In this document: positions 21,241 through 31,222 of the stretch, piece by piece
Position numbering within the stretch: the first letter of the stretch is position 1
How the letters are laid out: every line of letters begins with the position of its first letter
Made by a program: the position numbers and the translations under genes
Notes under the pieces: generated by a model
Database searches by the model: none
Told to the model about the DNA's origin: nothing
Seen by the model: the letters and a program-made list of their open reading frames with translations, nothing else
DNA from: Patescibacteria group bacterium
Lineage (GTDB): Bacteria; Patescibacteriota; Patescibacteriia; JACRDY01
Assembly (NCBI GenBank): GCA_041650515.1
Contig: JBAZLA010000001.1
Span: forward strand, 82,710 to 146,709
DNA length: 64,000 bases
Reading direction: 5' to 3'

Positions 21241-22251
21241 ATGGCTAAAAAAACAACTGAGGAAAAAGCTAACAGATCCCAAGCCGCCGAAGAAGCAATT
21301 ATGCAAATTAAACAACGCTTTGGCGACGGCTCAATTATGAAACTAGGCGAGGCTAAAACAATGAATGTCGAAGCAATCAGTACCGGCTGTCTCTCACTTG
21401 ATATCGCTCTAGGAGTCGGCGGAGTACCACGCGGTCGGATTATTGAAGTCTACGGCCCAGAGTCTTCCGGCAAAACCACCTTAGCACTGCACGTCGTTGC
21501 TGAAGTACAAAAACTAGGTGGTATTGCGGCTTTTGTTGATGCCGAGCACGCTCTAGACCCAAGCTACGCCAGCAAAATCGGCGTAAATATCGATAACCTA
21601 CTCATTTCCCAGCCGGATACTGGTGAACAAGCATTGGAGATCGTTGAGACTCTGGTTCGATCCAACGGTGTTGATGTAATTGTGATCGACTCAGTCGCTG
21701 CGCTTACTCCTCGAGCAGAAATTGAAGGCCAAATGGGCGATCAACACATGGCACTGCAAGCTCGGCTAATGTCACAAGCGCTGCGTAAACTAGCCGCCAT
21801 CGTTGGTAAAACAAAAACCGTAGTTATTTTTATTAACCAAATTAGACACAAAATCGGCGTTTTCTTCGGTAATCCCGAAACGACCACCGGTGGCACCGCC
21901 CTCAAATTTTACTCCTCGCTGCGGGTCGAAATCCGCCGCGCCGAACAAATTAAACTGGCCGACAGTGTTATTGGTAATCGCGTAAAAATAAAAGTAGTCA
22001 AAAATAAAGTCGCGCCGCCGTTCCGAACTTGCGAATTTGATATTATGTATAACGAAGGTATCTCGCTCAGCGGCGATATCTTAGATACCGGCATCGAACA
22101 AAAAGTAATTATCAAGAACGGTAACACCTATCAATATGGCGTTAACAAATTAGGAGTGGGTCGAGAAAATGCTAAACAATTTTTACGCGATAACCCTAAG
22201 ATGATGCAAGAGATTAGACAAAAGATTTGGGCAGAATTTAAAAAAGAATAG
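21241..22251 (+). CDS. recA: Recombinase RecA
   Basis: GPESSGKTT Walker A, IDAEHALD, and the rest of the conserved RecA core. Confidence 0.95.
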   Translation: MAKKTTEEKANRSQAAEEAIMQIKQRFGDGSIMKLGEAKTMNVEAISTGCLSLDIALGVGGVPRGRIIEVYGPESSGKTTLALHVVAEVQKLGGIAAFVDAEHALDPSYASKIGVNIDNLLISQPDTGEQALEIVETLVRSNGVDVIVIDSVAALTPRAEIEGQMGDQHMALQARLMSQALRKLAAIVGKTKTVVIFINQIRHKIGVFFGNPETTTGGTALKFYSSLRVEIRRAEQIKLADSVIGNRVKIKVVKNKVAPPFRTCEFDIMYNEGISLSGDILDTGIEQKVIIKNGNTYQYGVNKLGVGRENAKQFLRDNPKMMQEIRQKIWAEFKKE

Positions 22252-22355
22252 TCCATGATGCCTGGTAGGGGCGGCTCTAGAGCCGCCCCTACTTTTGATA
22301 ATAAAAAAAGGCGGAAGTGGGGTTTACCCTCTCCCGCCAGCCGTTATAAAACGGC

Positions 22356-24899
22356 CTACTCCTCACAGGTTAAGACGATAGCATCAAGCCAAAAGTCAGC
22401 GGCTTGATCACCAAACTCAAATGTCAGTTTAGCCGATGCATCATCGCCTAGAACCGTGAAGTCGTGACTATAGGTTTGCCAGCCACTACTCAGATTGACG
22501 CTCTGCCAGAGACCAAGGCCTTGATAGGGGCTATGGTCTTGCTCCAGCGAGATAATCAACGGTAAGCTGTTGCTGGCCGCGGCAGCATAGCTGAGCTGAC
22601 ACTGCCAACCGACCTGGACCGACAAACTCTGTTTGAATTGACCTTGCCAAGCGTACTGATTAGCAGTGGCGTTTGATAGCCACCAGCTACAGTCGCCACT
22701 GAAAGCGCTGGAGCAATCCTGGCTGATTTCCACTGTATTGTTGTGGTCTTCTACTTGCCACGGATATAGGCCGCCGATCTCGGCACCGCCATTACCAAGC
22801 AGATTATTTGGGTCGTCCAGCGGCTCATCAATCACCGACAGATGTAAGCCGTCGAAATAATAAGTGCCGGTCTGACCACTGAGATAGAAGACCAACTTGG
22901 CGTTGGTGTCAGTCTGCGCTGGTGAAAAACGGTAACGATAGCGATGCCACTCTGGCATCAGGGCAAAAGTGTAGCCGCTATCCAGATTCTGCCCAGGTGA
23001 ATGGTTTTGGATCACCGTTACCTTGGGAGTCTGATAAGCGCTACCTTTAGCCCAGAAGATCAGTTCATAGACCTGACCAGCCTGGAGTGATTGCGTCTGG
23101 TAAAGCTGAACGCCGCTGATCGCGCCGCTCTTGCTAACCAGAACTTGGTAAGCCCGCCGACCATCAACGGCACCAATAGTGGTCACCTGACCAGTACCCG
23201 TACCCTGAGTACCGCCGGCGCTGCGGAAAGCCCAACTAGTTGCCCCACTCTCAAAGCTGGGATTACGCAACAAGTTGATAGTTGGACTAGGCACGATGCC
23301 GACTATCTCAAAGTAGAGGTTATCGAAGCTCAAATCGCCGACAGCGTCACCGTAGAAAAAACGGATGGCCGCCGTTGAATCACTGCGACGAGTGGTGAAG
23401 TACCCACTAAACTGTTGCCACTGCCGGTTGATTTGGAAAGTCTGTTCTGGCGCTAGAACGTCACCCAGGCTAATGATGTAACCGTAGTGATCGTAGGTCC
23501 GACGCGGGGTCAAGGCGATGGTAACGTTGCGCTCGGCCACACCGCTAGTCGTCCGAGCTTCGGCCTCCCAGTAGTAGATAGCATTGGCTTCGATCTGTAG
23601 CGGCCAATCCTCATGATTGGTAAGCTGGGCGTGATAACGCGAAACCTGGGTACCGAGTTTGGTGGTCCCACTACCAATAGCGCAGTTATCGGGTCGCAGA
23701 TCATCATTGCAACTAGCGGCCAAACGTGGACCGCCAGTATCACAATAGTAAGTCTGCCAACCCCAAGCGCCGCAGATATCGCTCCGGCCATTAAGTAACG
23801 CACCAGCGTAGAAATTCTCCCAGCCCCAATCGCGAGCTTGGATCCGATCAACGCAGGTGAGAGCAACCGGCGGAACTTCTTCCTGTTCCTCCATTTCGGC
23901 GCGAAAATCGCCAAAAAAGACTTCAATCGGACTAGCATAGCGCAGTTTGCCCAACTCGAAGTATTGGCAAGTACCACCATCAGGGCAAGCAACTTCATTG
24001 CTGATCGGTGGACCCAGATCAATTGGGCCGAAGAGACTAGGCGAGGCGGAATAGCAGGTATAAGGACTCGCTCCCTTATAGACGCACCAGAAACCTTCCT
24101 TAATTAGAAAGGCTTTTTTTTCTTCCGGGCTCCAAACTAAGGCTGTCTGGCCGTCAGTGCCGTAGTATAAGCCCTGCAGATCCTGGAGCCAAACCCCATA
24201 CCAATCGTGGACGTATTCTCCGCCCCCATTGTTAGATGGTAAGCCAAGTTTGGCATAACCACCAGCATCGAGGTAAACATCCAGAAAAGCTGGGGAGATT
24301 TCCTCATCCCAACCGTCTGGGAAGAAACCGGGGCCGTGGGGGGTATTCCCGGAGACGTAACGATGCGCACCATCGTCTTCGGAACAATCGCAGCCAGTAG
24401 GTACGCCGCCGTTTGGCACATCCACAAACGACGAGGGAATCGAATTGCCAGATACACTACCTTGCACCTGGTAGTGAATATGGGCCCCGGTTGATCGTCC
24501 CGTAGTGCCGCACGTCCCAAGGATGTATCCTTGCGGCACTTCTTGATCTATCACCACAAGCACATCTTCCAGATGAGCTACGCGGCTATAGAACCCATCG
24601 CTATGCTTCACTACTACGGTGTTTCCCCAGCCACTATTGTAGCTACCGTCGTTCGAAACGGCTACTACAGTCCCAGCTACCGAAGTCAGTACCGGGCGAC
24701 CGGGATCATTATTACTGTTAAAATCCCAACCATACTTCAAGACGTCTGAAGTATGGCCACCCTGATTGTTGCCTTGGGTTACCCACCAGGTTTCACTGAC
24801 TGAGAAAGGCAGTTTGAACGCGGGGGCCGCACTACCCTGGCTGACGCTTAGGAGTAATGCAACAGCCACCAACCACAAACTGATGCTGAACCGTTTCAT
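22356..24899 (-). CDS. Secreted M23-family peptidase with large C-terminal (carbohydrate-binding-like) extension
   Basis: Signal peptide, then an M23/LytM core (HSDGFYSRVAHL...GTTGRSTGAHIHYQV), then about 650 aa of Trp/Gly/Cys-rich extracellular sequence. GC is modestly above the core. Confidence 0.65.
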   Translation of the reverse strand: MKRFSISLWLVAVALLLSVSQGSAAPAFKLPFSVSETWWVTQGNNQGGHTSDVLKYGWDFNSNNDPGRPVLTSVAGTVVAVSNDGSYNSGWGNTVVVKHSDGFYSRVAHLEDVLVVIDQEVPQGYILGTCGTTGRSTGAHIHYQVQGSVSGNSIPSSFVDVPNGGVPTGCDCSEDDGAHRYVSGNTPHGPGFFPDGWDEEISPAFLDVYLDAGGYAKLGLPSNNGGGEYVHDWYGVWLQDLQGLYYGTDGQTALVWSPEEKKAFLIKEGFWCVYKGASPYTCYSASPSLFGPIDLGPPISNEVACPDGGTCQYFELGKLRYASPIEVFFGDFRAEMEEQEEVPPVALTCVDRIQARDWGWENFYAGALLNGRSDICGAWGWQTYYCDTGGPRLAASCNDDLRPDNCAIGSGTTKLGTQVSRYHAQLTNHEDWPLQIEANAIYYWEAEARTTSGVAERNVTIALTPRRTYDHYGYIISLGDVLAPEQTFQINRQWQQFSGYFTTRRSDSTAAIRFFYGDAVGDLSFDNLYFEIVGIVPSPTINLLRNPSFESGATSWAFRSAGGTQGTGTGQVTTIGAVDGRRAYQVLVSKSGAISGVQLYQTQSLQAGQVYELIFWAKGSAYQTPKVTVIQNHSPGQNLDSGYTFALMPEWHRYRYRFSPAQTDTNAKLVFYLSGQTGTYYFDGLHLSVIDEPLDDPNNLLGNGGAEIGGLYPWQVEDHNNTVEISQDCSSAFSGDCSWWLSNATANQYAWQGQFKQSLSVQVGWQCQLSYAAAASNSLPLIISLEQDHSPYQGLGLWQSVNLSSGWQTYSHDFTVLGDDASAKLTFEFGDQAADFWLDAIVLTCEE

Positions 24900-24990
24900 C
24901 TTCGTATCCTTTCCTGTTGGAGTTTGATGTGAATGAACTAATTTGGAGTATAAAGAAAGACCCCTTATCAGGGTCTAAAATAATTATGAA
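24897..24990. repeat. Leader repeat, copy 1 (5' region of the M23 peptidase gene)
   Basis: About 90% identical to 26305-26400. It includes the ATG, the AGGAAAGG ribosome-binding site, and a hairpin agaccc...gggtct. Confidence 0.7.
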
Positions 24991-25032
24991 AAATTATTAA
25001 ATTAAAAATTAAATATTATTTTTATTTGATTG

Positions 25033-26238
25033 TTAATTATCAAAAACAAACCAACAAAAAGAATACTTCTCGCCAACATCTATAAGTTGATTAGTATCAC
25101 GGTTAAAAAGAAAACTTTTTGGTTCACCTTGGTCATATTCTCTAAAAGTCAAAAAATCACCATCGGGCGAAAAAGATAAATCACGCAAACCCCATCGACT
25201 CTTATAAATTTCTTTTATATTTTCACCAGATAGATCAGAAATAAAAATAGCTTCGTTAATAATTTCATTATTTTCTTTTTGGTCACCAATAAAAATACTA
25301 TAAGCTAACAGATTTTCATCGCTGGAGATCGCAACATTAAAAGCACTATTATTAATAACCCTAATAAATTTCTTCAAATTTTTATCTAAAAAATAAATAC
25401 CTTTTTTGCTACCTGAATCAAGTCCATAGAAAAGGAACTGTCCATCTTTAAGCCATTGAACACTAGAGCCGGAAATATTTTTTTCAATCTGACCAGTTTT
25501 AGCTCTGATAATCTTAATCAACCCATAAGGATTAAGGGGACTGCCGCCTAGATCAAAGGCTAAATATTGACCATCGGGCGATTCTTTACCTATCACCCAT
25601 TCATCAATATATATATTATTATTTAATGGGCTGAAATAAATTTTATTTATATCTTCCAACTCAACTCTATCGAAATCAACCTTTAAATTAGCCTGATAAA
25701 TATCTGTGCCCCGTTCTATATCTTTATTATTCTTACGATAGCCAAATAATATTCGATTAGGGTATTTAACACTAACAACCTCAATAAATTCTACTCCTAA
25801 CAATTGATTAAGGTTAATCTCTTTGCTACCTCTGGGTCCAGTAGATGATCTAATTAGATAATAAATGTTATTTGCCCGCTTCTGAGCTTTCACTACCAGC
25901 CAATCTCCTGCGCTGTCTAACCAACCGATAATTCTCTCAATTCTAATTGCCGTATCGATCTCCGCCACCTCTGATGTATTATTCTCGGAATCGACTACAT
26001 ATAAACGGTCATTCTTTAAATAAGCCAATTTAAATCTTTTATCTTCTTTCAATCTTTTTTCTTCCAAAATATCAGAAAGATATAAATCATTGACACTGCT
26101 AGTATTGATAACATCGTCAACCACCGATTGATTAATATTGGTTGAATGGAGATAGCTAAACAGCCAATATAATAAAACCCCGCCGCAAACAATTGCAGCG
26201 ACTAAGGTGCTAAAGAATATTTTTTTGTTCTTATCCAT
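25033..26238 (-). CDS. Hypothetical membrane-anchored protein, probable beta-propeller (TolB/PD40-like repeats), AT-rich
   Basis: N-terminal transmembrane segment. It has repeated DG.YLAF / SPDGD.L.F-type motifs. GC is about 32%. Confidence 0.4.
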   Translation of the reverse strand: MDKNKKIFFSTLVAAIVCGGVLLYWLFSYLHSTNINQSVVDDVINTSSVNDLYLSDILEEKRLKEDKRFKLAYLKNDRLYVVDSENNTSEVAEIDTAIRIERIIGWLDSAGDWLVVKAQKRANNIYYLIRSSTGPRGSKEINLNQLLGVEFIEVVSVKYPNRILFGYRKNNKDIERGTDIYQANLKVDFDRVELEDINKIYFSPLNNNIYIDEWVIGKESPDGQYLAFDLGGSPLNPYGLIKIIRAKTGQIEKNISGSSVQWLKDGQFLFYGLDSGSKKGIYFLDKNLKKFIRVINNSAFNVAISSDENLLAYSIFIGDQKENNEIINEAIFISDLSGENIKEIYKSRWGLRDLSFSPDGDFLTFREYDQGEPKSFLFNRDTNQLIDVGEKYSFCWFVFDN

Positions 26239-26304
26239 ACAAACAATATAACATATTAAATCTAAAATATTTCTAAACTTTTGGCAATGACAGAATGGCT
26301 AAAA

Positions 26305-26400
26305 TAAGACACTTTTCATCTTCGTACCCCTTCCTGTTGGAGTTTGATGTGAATGAACTATTTTGGAGTATAAAAAAAGACCTATTATCTGGGTCTAAAA
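26305..26400. repeat. Leader repeat, copy 2
   Basis: Duplicate of 24897-24990. It carries a vestigial ATG-AAA-AGT start followed by a stop. Confidence 0.65.
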
Positions 26401-26439
26401 AAATTGTTAAATTATTCTAAAGAAAAGATTAAGTTAGAT

Positions 26440-27231
26440 CTAGTCAATAAATTGGAAGGAATCCATTATTTCAGAATCAAAACACTTAGGAAATTTTAAG
26501 CCAATAATACATTCTTGGCCCATGCTCCAATAAGCAATCTTTTCGTTCGCAGGATTAGATTTAATAGCAATTGAATAATTAATTGGACATTCAGTTAGGC
26601 TTAAATCTTTTCCATCCCCGTTCACAATAACATCATAAGTGACAGAATCATCAACCTTCCTTTTGCCGCCATAACTACAACCTGAACCATATTTTTCTTT
26701 GATAAAATGGTCTAGATTATTTTCTGCTATCTTCTGAATAGTTATGTACCAAGAGTTATTTTCGGATATACCACTATCATCAATTGAATTAATAATTTTT
26801 ACACATTGGTTATTATATTTTTTATAATAATAAGCTTCTCTTATAAAAATATTATTGCCGCGACTAAGAGTTGTGTAGGGTACTAAAATATAATCACTAT
26901 CAACGTTTTCGCATTCAAAATAATTACCATCATAATAATGAAAATAAGGAACAGCCAATACGGGGAACTTAAATGTGATTCCCAATTTCGTATTCCGATA
27001 AGTATTCCAGCACTCCGTATCCAGCTCGTCAGCACAGTCGGTTTTAGTCGGCGGAATAATCTGACCGCTCAGTGACGCTGATTGGTTAGTTGGTTGATTA
27101 ACATCAATACTATTAACCGCCAACGGCTGACCTGAAAAAAAAGCAGTCTTAATAAACCAAACAACGCTAGCCAAACCAAAAAGCATCAGAAAGATGAGGA
27201 CCGCGAAGATAAGTTTTGTTTTGAGATTCAT
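26440..27231 (-). CDS. Hypothetical secreted/membrane-anchored Cys-containing protein, AT-rich
   Basis: N-terminal signal/transmembrane segment. No recognisable motif. Confidence 0.4.
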   Translation of the reverse strand: MNLKTKLIFAVLIFLMLFGLASVVWFIKTAFFSGQPLAVNSIDVNQPTNQSASLSGQIIPPTKTDCADELDTECWNTYRNTKLGITFKFPVLAVPYFHYYDGNYFECENVDSDYILVPYTTLSRGNNIFIREAYYYKKYNNQCVKIINSIDDSGISENNSWYITIQKIAENNLDHFIKEKYGSGCSYGGKRKVDDSVTYDVIVNGDGKDLSLTECPINYSIAIKSNPANEKIAYWSMGQECIIGLKFPKCFDSEIMDSFQFID

Positions 27232-27305
27232 ATGTTCATTATTGATTAACCGCCATTATAATAAAAAAAGTTAGATTAAAAAAATCTAAACTTTTTCTTA
27301 AGCGG

Positions 27306-28994
27306 TTACATCTCCTCAACGGTCTCAATCCCTAGAAGCGCTAAGCCACTTTGAATGGTGCTGGCCACCTTATCAATCAAAACCAACCGGGCCGACATTA
27401 ATTTGGGCTGGGTTTGGTCAATTACCTTACAAGCGTGATAAAAATGGTTAAATTCTGAGGCTAAATTTAGCAAATAATTGGCAATTAGCGATGGCCGATA
27501 TTCATCGGCGGCTTTAGTGATAACATTGGAAAAACGGCTCAACACTTTAATTAACCGCCGTTCTTCAATGTTGGCTAACAGACTATAATCAACTTTGGCC
27601 ACTAATTTTTTATGACCAGACTTGCGGCTAATCGATCTAATCCGCGCATAAGTATATTGCAAATATGGCCCAGTATCACCTTCAAAATCAAGTACGGCGT
27701 CCCAATCAAATTTAATTGGCCGAGTATTGTCGACACTGAGCATCGCAAATTTGATCGCGCCAAAAGCCACCACCTCAGCCACTTTGGCCTTATTTTTTAA
27801 ACTAGCGTTGCGCTTATTAATCTCCGCCAAAACGCGTTTGATTGTTTCATTACGCAAATCTTCATAAACAATTACATTACCCAGGCGCGAAGCCATCTTA
27901 CCATCTTGGAGCGAAACCAAACCATGCGCCACGTGATAATTTCTATCCCAACCGGGATAGCCGAGCACGGCCATTGACTTAAACAGCTGGCGAAAATAGA
28001 ATTCCTGCTCCGAGCCAACCACAAAAAGCAACTTAGTAAAATTGGACACTTTCTTCCGACGTAGCTCAGCTAAGCCATAATCTTTGGTTTGATAGAGCGC
28101 TGTACCATCGGACTTAAGCAAAATAAAAACGCCCAAATCGTATTTATCCAGATCAATAACCCAAGCGCCCTGATCTTTTTTGAGTTTGCCGGCTTTAATC
28201 TGGGCTTGAACGTATTTCTTACCTGGCGCTTCACAAACACTCTCGGGGAAAAAATAATCCACCTGGCAATTTAGCTCTTTTTTAATCTCTTGCGAACCAG
28301 CATAGCTCTGGGCGCACAGCTTTTTCCAAATCTTAACCAATTTAGGGTCCCGCTGATCCAGCCGGCGATTGTACTCTTGGCACTCGGCTTCATATTCTGG
28401 CTTCTCCGCTACCTTTTGTGCAGCCTGGGCGTAGATTTCACCAGCCCATTTATTAAAACCGGCTTTGGGCACAGCGCCTTGGTAAAATTTCTCAAAATAC
28501 CATAGCCAACGCGCAATATTAATGCCCACATCGCCATAGTAACTATAAGTTTTGGTTTTATAGCCGACAAAAGCCAAAATCCGCCGGATTGATTCACCCA
28601 AAGCGGCATTACGCACATGACCAATATGGAAAGCCTTAAGTGAATTAGCCTGAAAAACATCCATCAGTACCGTACCGCGTGAGCCCTTAAAACTAACCGG
28701 ACCAGATAAAACTTGGGTGGTTATCTTTTCTTGATCAATAAAAAAATTAAGATACGGACCAACAGCCTGCACCTCCCGCACCAAACCCTGAGGCGACAAA
28801 CTAGCCACAATTTTTTCCCGCAACACTGCGGCTAGCTGAACAGGATTTTGTTTGGCTGCTTTAGCCAGCTCAAAACAAGCAAAAGAAAAATCGCCCATCT
28901 CAATCTGCGGCGGCTCACTCAGCTCAACCTCAATCCCCGGCCCGAGATTGGTCTGTAAAATTCGAATAATTTCGTCTCTAACTTTATGCAACAT
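27306..28994 (-). CDS. argS: Arginine--tRNA ligase
   Basis: HIGH motif (FHIGHVRNA), a class I core, and a C-terminal DALR anticodon-binding region. Confidence 0.9.
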   Translation of the reverse strand: MLHKVRDEIIRILQTNLGPGIEVELSEPPQIEMGDFSFACFELAKAAKQNPVQLAAVLREKIVASLSPQGLVREVQAVGPYLNFFIDQEKITTQVLSGPVSFKGSRGTVLMDVFQANSLKAFHIGHVRNAALGESIRRILAFVGYKTKTYSYYGDVGINIARWLWYFEKFYQGAVPKAGFNKWAGEIYAQAAQKVAEKPEYEAECQEYNRRLDQRDPKLVKIWKKLCAQSYAGSQEIKKELNCQVDYFFPESVCEAPGKKYVQAQIKAGKLKKDQGAWVIDLDKYDLGVFILLKSDGTALYQTKDYGLAELRRKKVSNFTKLLFVVGSEQEFYFRQLFKSMAVLGYPGWDRNYHVAHGLVSLQDGKMASRLGNVIVYEDLRNETIKRVLAEINKRNASLKNKAKVAEVVAFGAIKFAMLSVDNTRPIKFDWDAVLDFEGDTGPYLQYTYARIRSISRKSGHKKLVAKVDYSLLANIEERRLIKVLSRFSNVITKAADEYRPSLIANYLLNLASEFNHFYHACKVIDQTQPKLMSARLVLIDKVASTIQSGLALLGIETVEEM

Positions 28995-29047
28995 AATAGT
29001 TTAATCTTACTGTAATTTAGGCTAAAAATCAATTGTCTTCACCCTGT

Positions 29048-29200
29048 GTCATTGCGAGGAGCAAAGCGACGAAGCAATCTCCTGAATAATCCACCAGATT
29101 GCTTCGTCGCTCCGCCAGTTGGCGGAACTCGCTTGGGGCTGGCTCCTTATATTGTCATCCTGACCCCCTCGGCAAAGTTTATCCTGAACGCAGCGAAAGT
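29048..29200. repeat. Family-B composite repeat
   Basis: Left arm gtcattgcgaggagc with hairpin gacgaagcaatctcctgaataatccaccagattgcttcgtc, then a second module ttgtcatcctga... Confidence 0.7.
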
Positions 29201-29251
29201 ATAAAAAAAGTGGTCACGTCGACCACTGGTCCTCCAAATCCTCCTGCATTC

Positions 29252-30397
29252 CTAACCGATGTACGACAGCGTATGGCAGCTAGAACAAACCACGATTCGC
29301 CGCCAATCGACGTCGCCGCTCCGGAATGGCTGCAGCGTTTTCTGATCACACTGCTGACAGCGACCATCATAACTGAAGCCGTTAATGTCGTCCCGCGTCG
29401 CCGCAGACATTGGATCAGAAGCAAAAGTCACGTGGCAGTCAGCACACTCCGCCACTCGCCGAGGTCCTTCTTGGGTGATAATCACCCGGGTACGGGGGAA
29501 GTCACAGCCGCCCCAACACCGACACTTAATCGGAAACTCCCGGACACTCTGCAAGCCGTTAGTGGGTGGCTCGTCAGCTTCCTCGGGCTGATCAGTGTCC
29601 GGCTCCTCCGAATCTTCATCGGCCCAGGGACGAAACTTGTGACTACGCCAACAGGTGATCACCGGTCGACGACCTTGTTTGGTCGCCTCCTCACTGATGC
29701 CACCCTGACCGACCCGTTCACCACATTGAGGGCAACGATGGTTATGGGTCTGGCCAGAATCAGACATCGGCAAGGCCAACCAATCAATCAGCTCAACCGG
29801 GCGATCACCTTGCTTGCGGTAGATTTTGCCGCAACTACCGCAGACGACGACGTCACGCTCGCCCTGCTGAGTCTCAATCCGCCGGACCTTGTTGGCCCGA
29901 CTGTCCCAACTGTTGGGACCGTTACTGCAGTAAGGACACTCGTGCCGTGGTTCCCGGCTGGCGGCTGTGGCCAGACTATTCCAATCCGGCCGAGCGTCGG
30001 CTCTGCGGTAATCACGTTTACAACGACCACAGCGCCGAACCGGTTGGTAACCGGTTAACGTCATGGCATTGGCTTCGTGATTACCTTTCCAGTTGCCGCA
30101 GTAGGGGCAACTGTCACAGAACGGCCCATCGGTCTTGCCCAGCGGCAAGTCCTCAAGCCGTATACCTGCCGGCTTGTTAACCGGTGCCGAAGCGGCGAAC
30201 CGGCTAACCCGTGCCGACTCGCTGCGACGATCACCGTGAGCATGAGCCGGCCAAGCCTGGCCCGGGTAGTTTTTCCGCCAGAACGCCTGCATCTGACGCT
30301 TGCGTCCTGACTTCTGCGACCGCTGAACTTTCCAGCCACGCCGCTTATTACACCCCTTCTCGCTGTACCGGTTACACCGGTGTTTTTTGGATTTCAA
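29252..30397 (-). CDS. Cysteine-rich zinc-ribbon-repeat protein with basic N-terminus (GC-rich island)
   Basis: At least nine CxxC-type pairs at regular spacing (CDSCPYC, CGRC, CPYC, CGSCG, CPQCG, CADCH, CQQCD, CSSCH). Start is TTG, preceded by GAGAGGAGGAATC. GC is about 60% against a flank of about 42%. The antisense 319-aa ORF is compositionally implausible. Confidence 0.55.
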   Translation of the reverse strand: MKSKKHRCNRYSEKGCNKRRGWKVQRSQKSGRKRQMQAFWRKNYPGQAWPAHAHGDRRSESARVSRFAASAPVNKPAGIRLEDLPLGKTDGPFCDSCPYCGNWKGNHEANAMTLTGYQPVRRCGRCKRDYRRADARPDWNSLATAASREPRHECPYCSNGPNSWDSRANKVRRIETQQGERDVVVCGSCGKIYRKQGDRPVELIDWLALPMSDSGQTHNHRCPQCGERVGQGGISEEATKQGRRPVITCWRSHKFRPWADEDSEEPDTDQPEEADEPPTNGLQSVREFPIKCRCWGGCDFPRTRVIITQEGPRRVAECADCHVTFASDPMSAATRDDINGFSYDGRCQQCDQKTLQPFRSGDVDWRRIVVCSSCHTLSYIG

Positions 30398-30467
30398 GAT
30401 TCCTCCTCTCCGGCCTGGCCGGTGAAATTAGACAATAGGTTTACTCTTTCTTAACACAATCAAATCC

Positions 30468-30620
30468 AAAAAGCAAGAAAGCATACGACCCGGCAGGCCT
30501 AAACAAGAAAACAAAAAAACATACGCGCCTCCCCCGTAGGTCTTTGACCTTTTACGGGGTCGGCGCTAAACAAAAAACAAGATTTGTTTTCTTGTTTTCT
30601 TGTTTTCTTGCTTTTTTGAT
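30468..30620. repeat. Family-D element (catacg-hairpin units plus ttttcttg microsatellite)
   Basis: Two units aagcatacg.cc[hairpin]ctaaacaa.aaaac, then (ttttcttg)x4. Related to 61361-61530. Confidence 0.65.
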
Positions 30621-31186
30621 TATTCGCTCACCCGTTCTAAATAATCATTGGTCTCGGTATTGATCCGAATCAAATCGCCTTGTTTAACAAACAACGGGAC
30701 ATTAACGGTTAAGCCGGTTTCCACAACAGCTGGTTTAAGCACTTTGCCTTGAGCGGTGTCACCACGCGCCCCATCAACCGTATCGGTTACTTGGAGAACG
30801 ATTTTTTTGGGTATATCAATACTCACCGGCCGATCTTCAAAATATAAAACATCAACCTCAACACCTTCTTTTAGATAACCAACTTTTTCAGCGCTCACAT
30901 CCAAACCTAGATCAAACTGCTCATAGGTCTGGGTATTCATAAAATAAGCGGCATTTTCATCTTTGTATAGATAACTGGCTTTACCGCGCTCCAAATCAGC
31001 CTCTTCGGCCTTATCCGTGCCCTTAAAAGTTTTTTCCAAAACAATACCGGTGACCAAATTTTTAATTTTAAAACGCAAAATACTCCCACCGCGGCCCATA
31101 TGAACCTGCTGAGTGTAGATAACCACATAAGGCTGATTATCCACCTTCATCACGGTGCCCATTTTGATATCACTTATCTGAAGCAT
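30620..31186 (-). CDS. efp: Elongation factor P
   Basis: EF-P three-domain sequence (KMGTVMKV...GRGGSILRFK...). The ORF track extends it upstream to 31219. Confidence 0.85.
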   Translation of the reverse strand: MLQISDIKMGTVMKVDNQPYVVIYTQQVHMGRGGSILRFKIKNLVTGIVLEKTFKGTDKAEEADLERGKASYLYKDENAAYFMNTQTYEQFDLGLDVSAEKVGYLKEGVEVDVLYFEDRPVSIDIPKKIVLQVTDTVDGARGDTAQGKVLKPAVVETGLTVNVPLFVKQGDLIRINTETNDYLERVSE

Positions 31187-31222
31187 AAGGTTCAAAAAAG
31201 CAAGAAAGCAAGAAAACAAGTC

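Noticed and set aside
24897-26400. The two ~95-bp leader copies as a DGR template/variable repeat pair
   Set aside because: Mismatches are not adenine-specific, and the repeats are 5' UTR/start regions rather than C-terminal coding regions.
29099-30058. 319-aa plus-strand ORF opposite the Cys-rich gene (and similar long ORFs 34795-35442, 58822-60003, 59828-60124)
   Set aside because: These are R/P/T/L/H-rich antisense shadow ORFs of the kind generated by high GC. The opposite strand has a strong ribosome-binding site and an ordered motif structure.
30580-30620. Possible CRISPR array suggested by the regular ttttcttg repeats (also 57085-57145, 61420-61460)
   Set aside because: The 8-nt units are contiguous with no spacers (a microsatellite), there are no cas genes, and one run is in-frame coding sequence of polA.
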